A stretch of DNA of 64,000 bases from an uncultured Syntrophaceae bacterium (GCA_964492965.1 CAZBME010000001.1:210705-274704); one strand, 5' to 3'. Positions 36,857 to 46,160 are shown, numbered from the stretch's first letter. The notes: a model not told the origin generated them from the letters alone. Numbers and translations are program-made.

Positions 36857-38260
36857 ATGCTTCAGATACAAGATGGCCTGATATCAATTTTGCAAGAGAT
36901 TTCGGATGCGGTAGCCATCGTGAATCAGGACTATCTCGTTATTTATTCGAACGAACCCTTCAATCATCTCTTCAATTTTTACCCCGGCCCACATGGCAAA
37001 GAAGAATGCAGCGCCTTGCGACAGTTGAAACTACATGCCTGGGACAGTGAACTTTTATCGACCATGCAGAAAAGAACATATCCCGGCAGCTATAAGGGCG
37101 CTGACATCCTTGTGTATTATGTTCACAAAGTGAAAAAAGAAAAATTCTTTCTGGTTCTGATTAAGCACAGCAGCGCCAAGGGAGAAAAATTTTCTTCCTA
37201 TAACCACCCGATCAATCCTTATCTTGATGAGACGGAAATACAGGCGGAGAAGCTTTCCCCGGACTTTAAAAAACTTATCGGCGAAGATATCCGATTCAAA
37301 AGAGCACTCCTGCTTGCCCAACGGGCGGCTCGCGCCGATCAGCCCGTGCTGATTCTGGGGGAAAGCGGTACGGGAAAAGAGATTCTCGCACGGGCTATTC
37401 ACAGCAACAGCCGGCGTAGCAAGAAACCCCTCGTAGATGTGAATTGCGCAGCCATTCCGGACACGCTCATTGAAAGCGAACTTTTTGGTTATGAGCGGGG
37501 CGCCTTCACCGGCGCCAGGAAGGAAGGCCGCACAGGATACTTCGATGAAGCCCATGAAGGGACCATCTTGATGGATGAAATCGGGGACGCCTCTTTGCAA
37601 ACGCAATCCAAGCTGTTGCGGGTCCTCGAAGACGGAAGCTTCAAGCGTGTCGGCGGAAATCGTAATGTTAAGGTGGACGTGCGTATCATCTCTTCGACAA
37701 ACCGCGATCTGGCCAAACATGTGGATGAAGAAAAATTCCGGGAAGACCTGTTTTACCGCCTGAATACATTTACGATACAGCTGCTTCCTTTGCGGGAACG
37801 GGTGAATGATATCCCCCTGCTCGTAGACCACTTTCTGGCCTTGAACAGCGAACGTGAGAAAAAGAACTTTACCATTCTGCCGTCTGCTATGGAAATCATC
37901 CAGGCCTATCATTGGCCCGGAAACGTCCGTGAGCTGAAAAGCGTCGTATACTATGCCGTTAACCTCGCCTCCGGGTATATTATTACACCGAGCGCGCTCC
38001 CGAATTTTCTCTTTTCCACAAACGATTCAAAAAGCAAGAGAGTCAAATCAACACAGAATTCTTCGGCCCTGCCGCAAACACAAAACATCCCCATGGTTGT
38101 CCAGAACATAGAAAAAGATATGATCCGTGAAGCGCTAGGAAACTCAGCCACGAAGACCGAGGCCATCAAAAAGCTGGGGATCAGCCGGAAGACCTTCTAT
38201 ATCAAGATCAAGCAGTATGGCCTTGAACAATTCCTCGATAAATCTTATCATTCGAGATAA
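36857..38260 (+). CDS. sigma-54-dependent transcriptional activator (PAS-like sensor, AAA+, Fis HTH)
   Basis: Motifs GESGTGKE, ESELFGYERGAFTGA and RVLEDGSFKRVGG are present. The C-terminal HTH reads TKTEAIKKLGISRKTFYIKIKQYGL. Confidence 0.92.
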   Translation: MLQIQDGLISILQEISDAVAIVNQDYLVIYSNEPFNHLFNFYPGPHGKEECSALRQLKLHAWDSELLSTMQKRTYPGSYKGADILVYYVHKVKKEKFFLVLIKHSSAKGEKFSSYNHPINPYLDETEIQAEKLSPDFKKLIGEDIRFKRALLLAQRAARADQPVLILGESGTGKEILARAIHSNSRRSKKPLVDVNCAAIPDTLIESELFGYERGAFTGARKEGRTGYFDEAHEGTILMDEIGDASLQTQSKLLRVLEDGSFKRVGGNRNVKVDVRIISSTNRDLAKHVDEEKFREDLFYRLNTFTIQLLPLRERVNDIPLLVDHFLALNSEREKKNFTILPSAMEIIQAYHWPGNVRELKSVVYYAVNLASGYIITPSALPNFLFSTNDSKSKRVKSTQNSSALPQTQNIPMVVQNIEKDMIREALGNSATKTEAIKKLGISRKTFYIKIKQYGLEQFLDKSYHSR

Positions 38261-38299
38261 TCCTCGCGACATGAGACCTTCTTCAACGAACAGCCGAAA

Positions 38300-38315
38300 T
38301 GGTTTATAATCTGCA
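38300..38315 (+). promoter_or_regulatory. weak candidate sigma-54 promoter upstream of HMGL-like lyase 1
   Basis: TGGTTT-ATAAT-CTGCA has GG and GC at the canonical register, but the -24 half is poor. Confidence 0.3.
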
Positions 38316-38474
38316 GAGAAAAGAGGAAAGTAATTCAGCAATAGACCTATGATTTGGTAAGTATTTTATGGTAATCATAAATGCCTTTTGTAGAAGCAGT
38401 TTGTTTTTTGCGATGAATATGAATACGAACGACCAATATCTAACGAGCGCCATCAACATTTAGGGACATATGCC

Positions 38475-39440
38475 ATGAAAGATCAGATAACCATCGTCGA
38501 AGTATCCCCTCGGGACGGCCTCCCTGAATTATTCGATCGTGCAGCCAGTGCAGACAAAATCTCTTATATAGAGGGATTAGTTAAAGCAGGCCTGAAAAAA
38601 ATCGAATGCGTTGCGTTTACGCATCCTCGTCACATTCCGGAACATGCCGATGCGGAGATCGTGATGGCAGGCCTGAAAAAGAAATCCGACGTGACCTACA
38701 TCGGTCTTGTCCCTAATGAAATCGGTTGCCGTCGAGCCCTGATTGCAGGTGTTGATGAAATTGTAACCCTTGTGGCGGCAAGCGATACCTTTACGAGGGT
38801 GAATGCCGGAAAAAGCTTGAAAGAGCACATGTATAAAACATTGCCTGCCGTATTCGATGTGGCAAAAAAGAGTGCTATCAGCGTGCGAAGCTATATTCTT
38901 ACGGCATTCGGATGCCCGTATACCGGTAAAGTCCCCTTCGATGAAGTCATGCAGTTGGCGCTGAAACTAAACTACATGGGTGCAAAAGAAATTGTCCTCG
39001 CCGATACAACGGGAATGGCCAACCCGGTTCAGGTGAAAAAACTCATCGAGCTGATCCTCGCATTGAAGCTTGATAACAAGCTGGCGGTCCATTTCCACAA
39101 TACACGGGGAACGGCATTGCTCAATTGCTATGCCGCTTTTGAAGCAGGCGTGCGAATTTTTGATACATCCCTGGGCGGTATGAGCGGAACGCCCTATGGA
39201 GCGATGAAGCATGCCTTCGGCTACTGGAATGTTGCAACAGAGGACCTCGTTCATCTGGCCGAGGATATGGGCGTTGAGACAGGCATTGATCTGGATCGAC
39301 TTCTTGACTGTGTCAGTGTCGGGGAACGGCTGGCGAAAACCGCACTGCCAGGTCATATCCTGAGGGCAAGGGCCAGTTCAAGACTGGCCAAAGTACCTGC
39401 TCGTCCCGCAAGAATTTCAGAAATGACATCCGGGGATTAA
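38475..39440 (+). CDS. HMG-CoA-lyase-like DRE-TIM metallolyase, divergent paralog 1
   Basis: IVEVSPRDGLPE, AVHFHNTRGTAL and SLGGMSGTPYG align with the canonical EVGPRDGLQN, HxHDTxG and GLGGCPYA regions. Substitutions occur at conserved positions. Confidence 0.85.
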   Translation: MKDQITIVEVSPRDGLPELFDRAASADKISYIEGLVKAGLKKIECVAFTHPRHIPEHADAEIVMAGLKKKSDVTYIGLVPNEIGCRRALIAGVDEIVTLVAASDTFTRVNAGKSLKEHMYKTLPAVFDVAKKSAISVRSYILTAFGCPYTGKVPFDEVMQLALKLNYMGAKEIVLADTTGMANPVQVKKLIELILALKLDNKLAVHFHNTRGTALLNCYAAFEAGVRIFDTSLGGMSGTPYGAMKHAFGYWNVATEDLVHLAEDMGVETGIDLDRLLDCVSVGERLAKTALPGHILRARASSRLAKVPARPARISEMTSGD

Positions 39441-40043
39441 TATCGACCGACCCTTTGCGGCCATTTCTGACCATGATTTGTTTTGGGGGCTTTATTCGGT
39501 TCAGCCCCGGGAAGAAACGATGGCATCAAGGCCGCAAAAAATATTGTCCCGATCTGACATTGAACCACAGACACCACAGTTGTGTAGTAACGATACAATC
39601 TTATCTCAGGATGCCTGTCTCGCCCTTAACCTCACCACACCTGGATTAAATGCATGAAATAGTATTCGATGCAATCGGCTATACGAAGCATGAGACAAAA
39701 ACGCCTTCGATTCAGATACCATTTGTTACTTAAAGATACATTTCAGATCGCATCGAGCCTTGCATTTTAATTTGACACATCTCCCGGTACTTGTACGTCT
39801 TCATAAATAATATCTTAAATCATTAGCTTAGGACATGCTAACGGGCAATGCGGCAGGCACCGGGATTGCCTGGCATGCTTTGTGTAATCTCCCCTCATAT
39901 TCTAGAAATTCCCCAGGGAAGCTTGCGTCATTCCCTGTTTTAAAGGTTTTAGAGTGATCAGCCTTAAATCCGCATGGGAGAGCAGGCATAAAGGGTTGAA
40001 CCTGTAGTGGTGCATAATCCCCTTGATCCGGGAGACCGGTTTT

Positions 40044-40140
40044 CATCTTGAAAGGTAAGCGTCTGTCAGCCACCTGTTCGGAAGCGTTGCTTTCGGCTAC
40101 CCCCTCCCCCGACGCTGCCAGACGCTCACCTTTCAAGATG
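40044..40140. repeat. long inverted repeat (22-bp arms, 1 mismatch, 53-nt loop) in the 840-bp non-coding spacer
   Basis: The left arm CATCTTGAAAGGTAAGCGTCTG (40044-40065) pairs with the right arm CAGACGCTCACCTTTCAAGATG (40119-40140). Confidence 0.8.
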
Positions 40141-40280
40141 ACGCCGCATCAGAGAAGGGAAGGCAAGGGCGAAATGGAGATAGATCCCGCCGCCTATTGC
40201 CTGCCGAGAAACCGTGGCCCCATAATAAAGTGCAGGAACAGCGATTATTTAAAATTTTTGATAACCGAAGGAGGGTTGGT

Positions 40281-41672
40281 ATGAAGAAAAAGATCGGATT
40301 TGTTTTAGGTATTGTTATCGGAATCGCCGTGGCCTATATGTCGCCGCCCCAAGGACTGACCATTAAAGCCATGTGGGCGCTGGGAATATTTACAGGAGGC
40401 ATTATTTATCTGGTCTTCGATGTGTTCCCGGATTACATTGTCACTCTCGCGATGTGCAGCCTGTGGGTCCTTTTTGATACCGTGCCTTTCAACAAGGCAT
40501 TTTCATTCTTTTCCAACGCGAACTGGTGGGTTCTGGTCGGCGCTTTCGGCATCGGCTTGGCGGCATCAAAGAGCGGCCTGCTACGGCGGATTTCTCTCCT
40601 CATCATGAGAATTTTTCCTTCCACCTTTACCGGTCAGGTTTTAGCCATGCTGGGAGCGGGTACCATCATCGCGCCGCTGATCCCGTCTTTTACCGCCAAG
40701 GCCGCCATCTGCTCGCCCCTTAGCGCCGGCATCAGCGACGCCATGGGATACGAGCGGAAATCAAGAGGCGCGGCAGGCCTGTTCGGCGCAAATGTCCTCG
40801 GCTTTATCGCCACAGCCCCGGGTTTTCTAAGTGCATCTTACCTGGGATTCATGCTGGTATCTCTGTTACCCAAAGAGGTTCAACCCCAATTCGACTGGAT
40901 GGGGTGGTTTACAATGTTTCTCCCCTGGACCATAATTTTACTTGTTCTGGGTTTTTTTGCCATTATGGTTCTATACAAACCCAAAGAGAAGGACTCCCTG
41001 CCGGCGGGCTATGCCGCCGATCAGCTGAAAAATATGGGCTCCATGAGCCGAATTGAAAAAATAACCGCCTTGGTCATCGCGGTCACTCTTCTTCTTTGGA
41101 TGACTGAAAAAATGCATGGTGTTTCTGCGGCTGTTTCTGCCATCCTGGCCGTTGTTGTTCTTATTGCGGCAAAGGTTTATGACCGGGCTGACTTCCGATC
41201 CGGCATTGCCTGGGATGCGGCACTCTTCGTCGGTACCATTGTCGGCATCGCTTCAGTATTTCCGGCTCTGGGAATCGACAAGTGGCTGGGGACCGTCCTG
41301 AAACCATATGTTGCCCCCTTGGCCGGGAATCCATATCTGTTTGTCGCCGGATTCTCCATCATCATTTATCTCATCAGATTCGTATTAATCTCTCAGACGG
41401 CGGCAATTGCCATTTTTGTGGTTATGCTGGCACCGCTGGCCGCCCAGACCGGTATCAATCCCTGGATCGTCGGCATTGTCGTCTATGCGGCGGGCAACAC
41501 CTGGACGGTATTTTACCAGAATGCCCCGTACATTGCCGCCTTTTACGCCACGGGCGGAGATCTGGTTGACCACAGCCAGATGGTAAAGCTTTCCGTTGCC
41601 TACATGATCATCTCCCTAATCGGCTTTATGGCCTGCATTCCGTTCTGGCAGGTGATGGGGCTGGTGAAATAA
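40281..41672 (+). CDS. anion permease of the SLC13/DASS - ArsB/NhaD superfamily (di/tricarboxylate-type transporter), copy 1
   Basis: The 463-aa product is polytopic and DASS-like in its N-terminal organisation. The start at ATG 40281 lies 7 nt after GGAGGG. The upstream extension in the track ORF is spacer. Confidence 0.7.
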   Translation: MKKKIGFVLGIVIGIAVAYMSPPQGLTIKAMWALGIFTGGIIYLVFDVFPDYIVTLAMCSLWVLFDTVPFNKAFSFFSNANWWVLVGAFGIGLAASKSGLLRRISLLIMRIFPSTFTGQVLAMLGAGTIIAPLIPSFTAKAAICSPLSAGISDAMGYERKSRGAAGLFGANVLGFIATAPGFLSASYLGFMLVSLLPKEVQPQFDWMGWFTMFLPWTIILLVLGFFAIMVLYKPKEKDSLPAGYAADQLKNMGSMSRIEKITALVIAVTLLLWMTEKMHGVSAAVSAILAVVVLIAAKVYDRADFRSGIAWDAALFVGTIVGIASVFPALGIDKWLGTVLKPYVAPLAGNPYLFVAGFSIIIYLIRFVLISQTAAIAIFVVMLAPLAAQTGINPWIVGIVVYAAGNTWTVFYQNAPYIAAFYATGGDLVDHSQMVKLSVAYMIISLIGFMACIPFWQVMGLVK

Positions 41673-41715
41673 TAAATCTACATGATCATTGCTATACTTT
41701 AAGGAGGAAAAAAGG

Positions 41716-43059
41716 ATGCGAAAGACCATTTGGGAAGAATACAGAAACAAAACAGCCACCGCCGAGGAAGCGGTCAAGGCCGTAAAAACGGGGGATTGGG
41801 TATACTACAGCCACTTTATCATGACCCCTGTCACCCTGGACCGTGCCCTGGCGAAAAGGATTGGTGAAATCACCGATGTCAAAACCAGCATGTCAAGCGG
41901 CATGCATCAGGTTCAGGTGGCCGCCTGCGATCCGGAGGGACAATCCTTTACCCACAACAGCACATTCTACAGCAAAAACGATCGGGCTCTGGCCAAGCAG
42001 GGATCGACTTTCTTCATCCCGGCAAACTATCATGAGCAGCCTTGGCGACTTCGCAACGGATTTTCCCCCAAGCCTAATGTCGCCTTTATCAAGACAACGC
42101 CCATGGACAACAACGGCCTGTTTAACTTCGGCACATCGAACTCCTATACCAAGGCGGTGACGGAAATGGCCGACATTGTTATTGTGGAGACCAATGAAGG
42201 GGTTCCCAAGTGCCTGGGCGGGCACAGTGAAAATATCCACATTGCCGATGTCGATTATGTCGTGGAGGCTGAAAAAACACCCATGATGCCCATACCAAGG
42301 CCCGTTGCTTCACCGGAAGAAGTTAAAATGGCCGAGTTGATCATTCAGGAGATTCATGACGGCGCCTGCCTGCAACTGGGTATCGGGGGCATTCCCAACA
42401 TGGTTGGAAGCCTGATCGCCGAATCGGACCTCAAGGATCTGGGCATGCACAGCGAGATGATGTGCGATGCCTTCATGGATCTCTACGACAAAGGAAAAAT
42501 CACCGGACGTCATAAACATACGGATCGTAACAAGATGATCTATACCTTTGCCATGGGCAGCCCCGACCTATATGAATTCCTTGATGACAATCCCGTCTGC
42601 GCGAGTTATCCCGTGGATTATACGAATACGGCGGAACATATCTCACGGAACGACAACATGATCAGCATCAACAATGCCCTCCAGGTGGACCTCTTCGGTC
42701 AGACCGCCTCCGAATCCATGGGTAAAAAACACATCTCCGGTTCGGGCGGCCAAGGTGATTTCGTCGTTGGCGCGGCCAAGTCGAAAGGCGGCAAAGCCTT
42801 CATCTGTCTTCGGTCCACCCGTATGATCGGGGACAAATTGGTATCCAGGATCGTTCCCGACATTCAGGGCATCGTTTCCGTACCAAGGGCGTGGGTATTT
42901 TATGTCGTCACGGAATTCGGCAAGGTCTGCCTGAAAGGAAAATCAACGTGGGCGATTGCCGAAGATATCATCTCCATTGCTCATCCTGATTTCCGTGAAG
43001 ACCTAATCAAGGCGGCCCAAGAGAGAGGCCTGTGGCGAAGGAGCAATAAGATCGTTTAA
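41716..43059 (+). CDS. family-I CoA-transferase of the acetyl-CoA hydrolase/transferase family (butyryl-CoA:acetate / 4-hydroxybutyrate CoA-transferase-like)
   Basis: The N-terminus is TAEEAVKAVKTGDWVY. LQLGIGGIPN and the catalytic-Glu region QTASESMG...GSGGQGDF are present. The start at ATG 41716 follows AAGGAGG. Confidence 0.85.
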   Translation: MRKTIWEEYRNKTATAEEAVKAVKTGDWVYYSHFIMTPVTLDRALAKRIGEITDVKTSMSSGMHQVQVAACDPEGQSFTHNSTFYSKNDRALAKQGSTFFIPANYHEQPWRLRNGFSPKPNVAFIKTTPMDNNGLFNFGTSNSYTKAVTEMADIVIVETNEGVPKCLGGHSENIHIADVDYVVEAEKTPMMPIPRPVASPEEVKMAELIIQEIHDGACLQLGIGGIPNMVGSLIAESDLKDLGMHSEMMCDAFMDLYDKGKITGRHKHTDRNKMIYTFAMGSPDLYEFLDDNPVCASYPVDYTNTAEHISRNDNMISINNALQVDLFGQTASESMGKKHISGSGGQGDFVVGAAKSKGGKAFICLRSTRMIGDKLVSRIVPDIQGIVSVPRAWVFYVVTEFGKVCLKGKSTWAIAEDIISIAHPDFREDLIKAAQERGLWRRSNKIV

Positions 43060-43133
43060 TGCCTGTCAAGCCTGAGTATTCGACAATTAACTGCGATGTT
43101 CTGCAAATTTCTACATAGGGAGGGGTTTTATTT

Positions 43134-44651
43134 ATGTCTAGTGATGTTGGTGGCGTTGAGTCCGGGTGGACGCTGGGCACAGATCAGTGGATCGGGCTCA
43201 TGGCCGGGATTGTCTTGTTTGCTTTGTTTATGGTGCTGCCCCCCATTGCACCGATTACCCCTCTGGGGATGAAGGGGGCGGGCCTGTTTCTTTTGTTTGC
43301 CTGCTGGCTATTTACGACACCGCTGCCGCTATATGCCATTTGTTTTTTTGTCATGGGACTGGCGCCGATTTTGGGCCTCCTGGACTCGGACAAGACGATG
43401 GCCTATTTGGGAAGTTGGATCAACCTGTTTCTAGTAGGCGCCTTCGCCCTGGGCCGCAATCTGGACCGGACACAGGCTGCCCGACGCATTGCCTTGTGGG
43501 TATGCGGTTTGCCGATCATGAAGCACCGCCCATGGACGTTCTTTACCATCTTTACCCTTGTAACGGCTATCTCCCCCATTCTTTTGTGCTCGTCGGTCGT
43601 GGCCACCGTTGTTTTCACGACGATTCTCATTAGTTTTTTCAGCGCCATCGGCATTAAGAAGGGTGACCGGTTCGGGAGCATTATGGTTCTTGCCGTCACG
43701 TGGTCGGCCGTTGCCGGTTCGATGATCTTCGCCTGGGGAACCGTCATCAACCTGTTTTCCATCGGTGTGGTAAAAAAACAGACCGGTTACCAACTCGGTC
43801 TCATGGAATGGATGATCTACGGCTTGGTCGTAGCCGGCGTCACCTATGCCATTTACTGGCTCGTCATCCGCTTCGTCACCCGAATCGATGTGAGCCGCAT
43901 GAAGGATCTGCTGGAACCGGGCTTCATCCAGGAGGAGCGAAAGACGCTGGGGCCCATGAGTTCGGGTGAAAAAGCGTCTATCATCGTCATGTGCGTGGCC
44001 ATAGCCTGCTGGTTTTTACCGGAAATCATCAGCTTGACCGCCCCCGGTCCGCTGGCGAAATGGATGAAGAGCCACCTGACGTGGCCGGCGACGGCCCTGG
44101 TGCTCGCAGCGGCTTGCACGATTATCCCCGTGAAGATCAACGGAGAAAAACGTATGCTTCTTAACTGGGGAGAATGGACAAGCTCAGTCGAATGGGGCAT
44201 CCTGTCCATCATTGCCACGGGCCTCGTCCTGGGCGATATTCTTTCCAATCAGGCAACGGGAATCCCTACTTTCTTCATGGCCACAATCGGCGATCTGGTC
44301 AAGGGCGGCGGGGGTGAGTACCTGCTGGTCTTTCTCGTGGCGGGAATCGGATGCCTCCTGACAGAGGGGTTGTCGAACTTCGGGCTGATCGCCGTGTTTA
44401 TTCCCCTGGCCATGTCCATTTCGATGTCCACAGGCGTCGGCAATCCCATTGCCATGGCGATTGTGGCGACAGGGGCCTACAACCAGAGTTTCGCTTTGCC
44501 TCTCTCGCCGGTTCTAGCCATCGCCTACGGCACGGGATGGGTTAACCCCAAGGATGCCGTCAAGTATGGGTTTATTTTGGATGTTCTGGTCGGGCTGGGG
44601 TTAACTTTCATCGCCTACCCCATCCTCAAGATGATTGTCCCCATGCCTTGA
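43134..44651 (+). CDS. anion permease of the SLC13/DASS - ArsB/NhaD superfamily, copy 2
   Basis: The 505-aa polytopic protein has the same overall layout as copy 1 but is strongly diverged. GGGAGGGG SD precedes the start. Confidence 0.7.
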   Translation: MSSDVGGVESGWTLGTDQWIGLMAGIVLFALFMVLPPIAPITPLGMKGAGLFLLFACWLFTTPLPLYAICFFVMGLAPILGLLDSDKTMAYLGSWINLFLVGAFALGRNLDRTQAARRIALWVCGLPIMKHRPWTFFTIFTLVTAISPILLCSSVVATVVFTTILISFFSAIGIKKGDRFGSIMVLAVTWSAVAGSMIFAWGTVINLFSIGVVKKQTGYQLGLMEWMIYGLVVAGVTYAIYWLVIRFVTRIDVSRMKDLLEPGFIQEERKTLGPMSSGEKASIIVMCVAIACWFLPEIISLTAPGPLAKWMKSHLTWPATALVLAAACTIIPVKINGEKRMLLNWGEWTSSVEWGILSIIATGLVLGDILSNQATGIPTFFMATIGDLVKGGGGEYLLVFLVAGIGCLLTEGLSNFGLIAVFIPLAMSISMSTGVGNPIAMAIVATGAYNQSFALPLSPVLAIAYGTGWVNPKDAVKYGFILDVLVGLGLTFIAYPILKMIVPMP

Positions 44652-44671
44652 TAAGAGGAAAGAGACGAGCA

Positions 44672-46150
44672 ATGATTATGAAAACCCCGGCCGCAATCAT
44701 CTCCTGTAAACATGACGAACTCATGAACGCCGCAGTATGGCGCATGGGTTCGTCATGGCCTTTACGCGAGGTACCTTTGAATATGAATATGGAAAAGGAC
44801 ATCGACAAGATGCTCTTGAGACCCGTATCCACGCTGGAATACAATGCCCGTAAATTCGGTATTGTGGTCTCTCGCAACAGAATAAAGGGGGAAATATCTT
44901 TAGCCCATTTCCGCCAAGCCCTTCAGATTATCACCCAGCGACACCCGTTCCTGGGTGCTGCCTTTTATGAGCACGAAAGCCGTATCCATTTCAAAATAAT
45001 CGAAGGTTTCAGCCCACCCTTAACCATCAAGGAAAACATCACCACGCCCGAGCAACGGGAGGCATTATATGAAGAGGAACTGAATTCGCCCATTGATCCC
45101 TATGACAATCTATGGCGCGTTCTGTTGATACTTGACGGCAGCAAGAATGAAATCGATGAAAACAGTCATATCGATGTGATCCTATCCCTCCAGCATGCCA
45201 TCTGTGACGGTCTTTCTATCCTGAATCTGGCCAAAGAGATTCTGGAACAAGTCCGGGCTCTGGATGAGAGCTCACTTCTTTATGAGAATCAAAAATTGTC
45301 GGCCGCGCCGCCCTTCGACGATTTTCTGCCCGCCATCCTGGATAATGACATTGACCGGTCATGCCCGGAACCGTCTGTCGATTATGAGACCGTTGACACA
45401 CTGGGCCGCCATCTTTCCGTCCCGAAGAGTCAGTGCCGGATTCATTGCATCACAGGAAGTTTTACCGAAGGGGATATGCGAGGCCTCTGCCGCATCAGCA
45501 AAAGAGTCCATGTGTCCATCCATGGCCTCATGGCGGCCTGCATCATGAAAGCCATCAGCGATTGCATCGACAACCCTGCGGATAAGGAACTCCGTCTTTT
45601 ATTGAGGAATCCCGTCAACAGGCGGAAGCAGGTTTCGCCTCCCCTTGGCAACCAGGCGCTGTTGTGCTTTGTCGCCTCGGAGTTGATCCTTTGCACTATC
45701 CGCAAAACGACGTCCATCGCGGAGATCGGCCGGCATATCATGCATCAGCTCGACCAGGATATCCAAAATAACAAAGCATTGAAGCGATACCGGACCGTCG
45801 TCGAATCCGCCGACCGAGACCAGATGGACAAGGAAAAATATGTCCAGGCGTTGACCTTATCTAATGTCGGGCTTATCGATACACCCGCCGATTACGGCAA
45901 GTTCGAATTATTGGATACCAATTTTATCTCAAGCAATAAACATCACGCGATCCAGCTTTCCTTTACGACATTTTTAAATCGACTACATTATGTCATGCTG
46001 TATACCTCTCCCTGGTATGAAATGGAGTTGATCAAAACGATAAACGATCGATTCAGAAATCATTTGTCCAATTTTCTATACTCAGAGACTCAGATATTCA
46101 ATATCATTGACAATACGATCATGACAAGTGTCCATGGTCAGCAAACCTAA
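44672..46150 (+). CDS. stand-alone condensation / WS-DGAT / PapA5-like acyltransferase (HxxxDG motif)
   Basis: The motif SLQHAICDGLS has His-Asp-Gly codons at 45194-45211. The size is about 450-490 aa. A C-terminal LSNVG segment recalls the SNVPGP region of WS/DGAT enzymes. The start is uncertain: ATG 44672 after GAGGAAAG, with later Met codons possible. Confidence 0.65.
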   Translation: MIMKTPAAIISCKHDELMNAAVWRMGSSWPLREVPLNMNMEKDIDKMLLRPVSTLEYNARKFGIVVSRNRIKGEISLAHFRQALQIITQRHPFLGAAFYEHESRIHFKIIEGFSPPLTIKENITTPEQREALYEEELNSPIDPYDNLWRVLLILDGSKNEIDENSHIDVILSLQHAICDGLSILNLAKEILEQVRALDESSLLYENQKLSAAPPFDDFLPAILDNDIDRSCPEPSVDYETVDTLGRHLSVPKSQCRIHCITGSFTEGDMRGLCRISKRVHVSIHGLMAACIMKAISDCIDNPADKELRLLLRNPVNRRKQVSPPLGNQALLCFVASELILCTIRKTTSIAEIGRHIMHQLDQDIQNNKALKRYRTVVESADRDQMDKEKYVQALTLSNVGLIDTPADYGKFELLDTNFISSNKHHAIQLSFTTFLNRLHYVMLYTSPWYEMELIKTINDRFRNHLSNFLYSETQIFNIIDNTIMTSVHGQQT

Positions 46151-46160
46151 AAGGAGATTT

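Noticed and set aside
39871-39885. TGGCATGCTTTGTGT looks like a sigma-54 -24 element upstream of the permease/CoA-transferase genes.
   Set aside because: No GC dinucleotide occurs at the -12 register (the sequence reads GT or TG). No supporting repeat or second example exists, unlike the TTGW promoters at 52.1 and 55.5 kb.
39990-40075. A segment here resembles a cobalamin riboswitch (AAAGGG...GGTGCATAATCC...GTCAGCCACCTG).
   Set aside because: Only fragments of the consensus are present. The conserved GCCCGCAACTGT-type core and a proper B12 box are missing, and the downstream genes have no link to cobalamin. I treat the region as an unclassified structured spacer instead.
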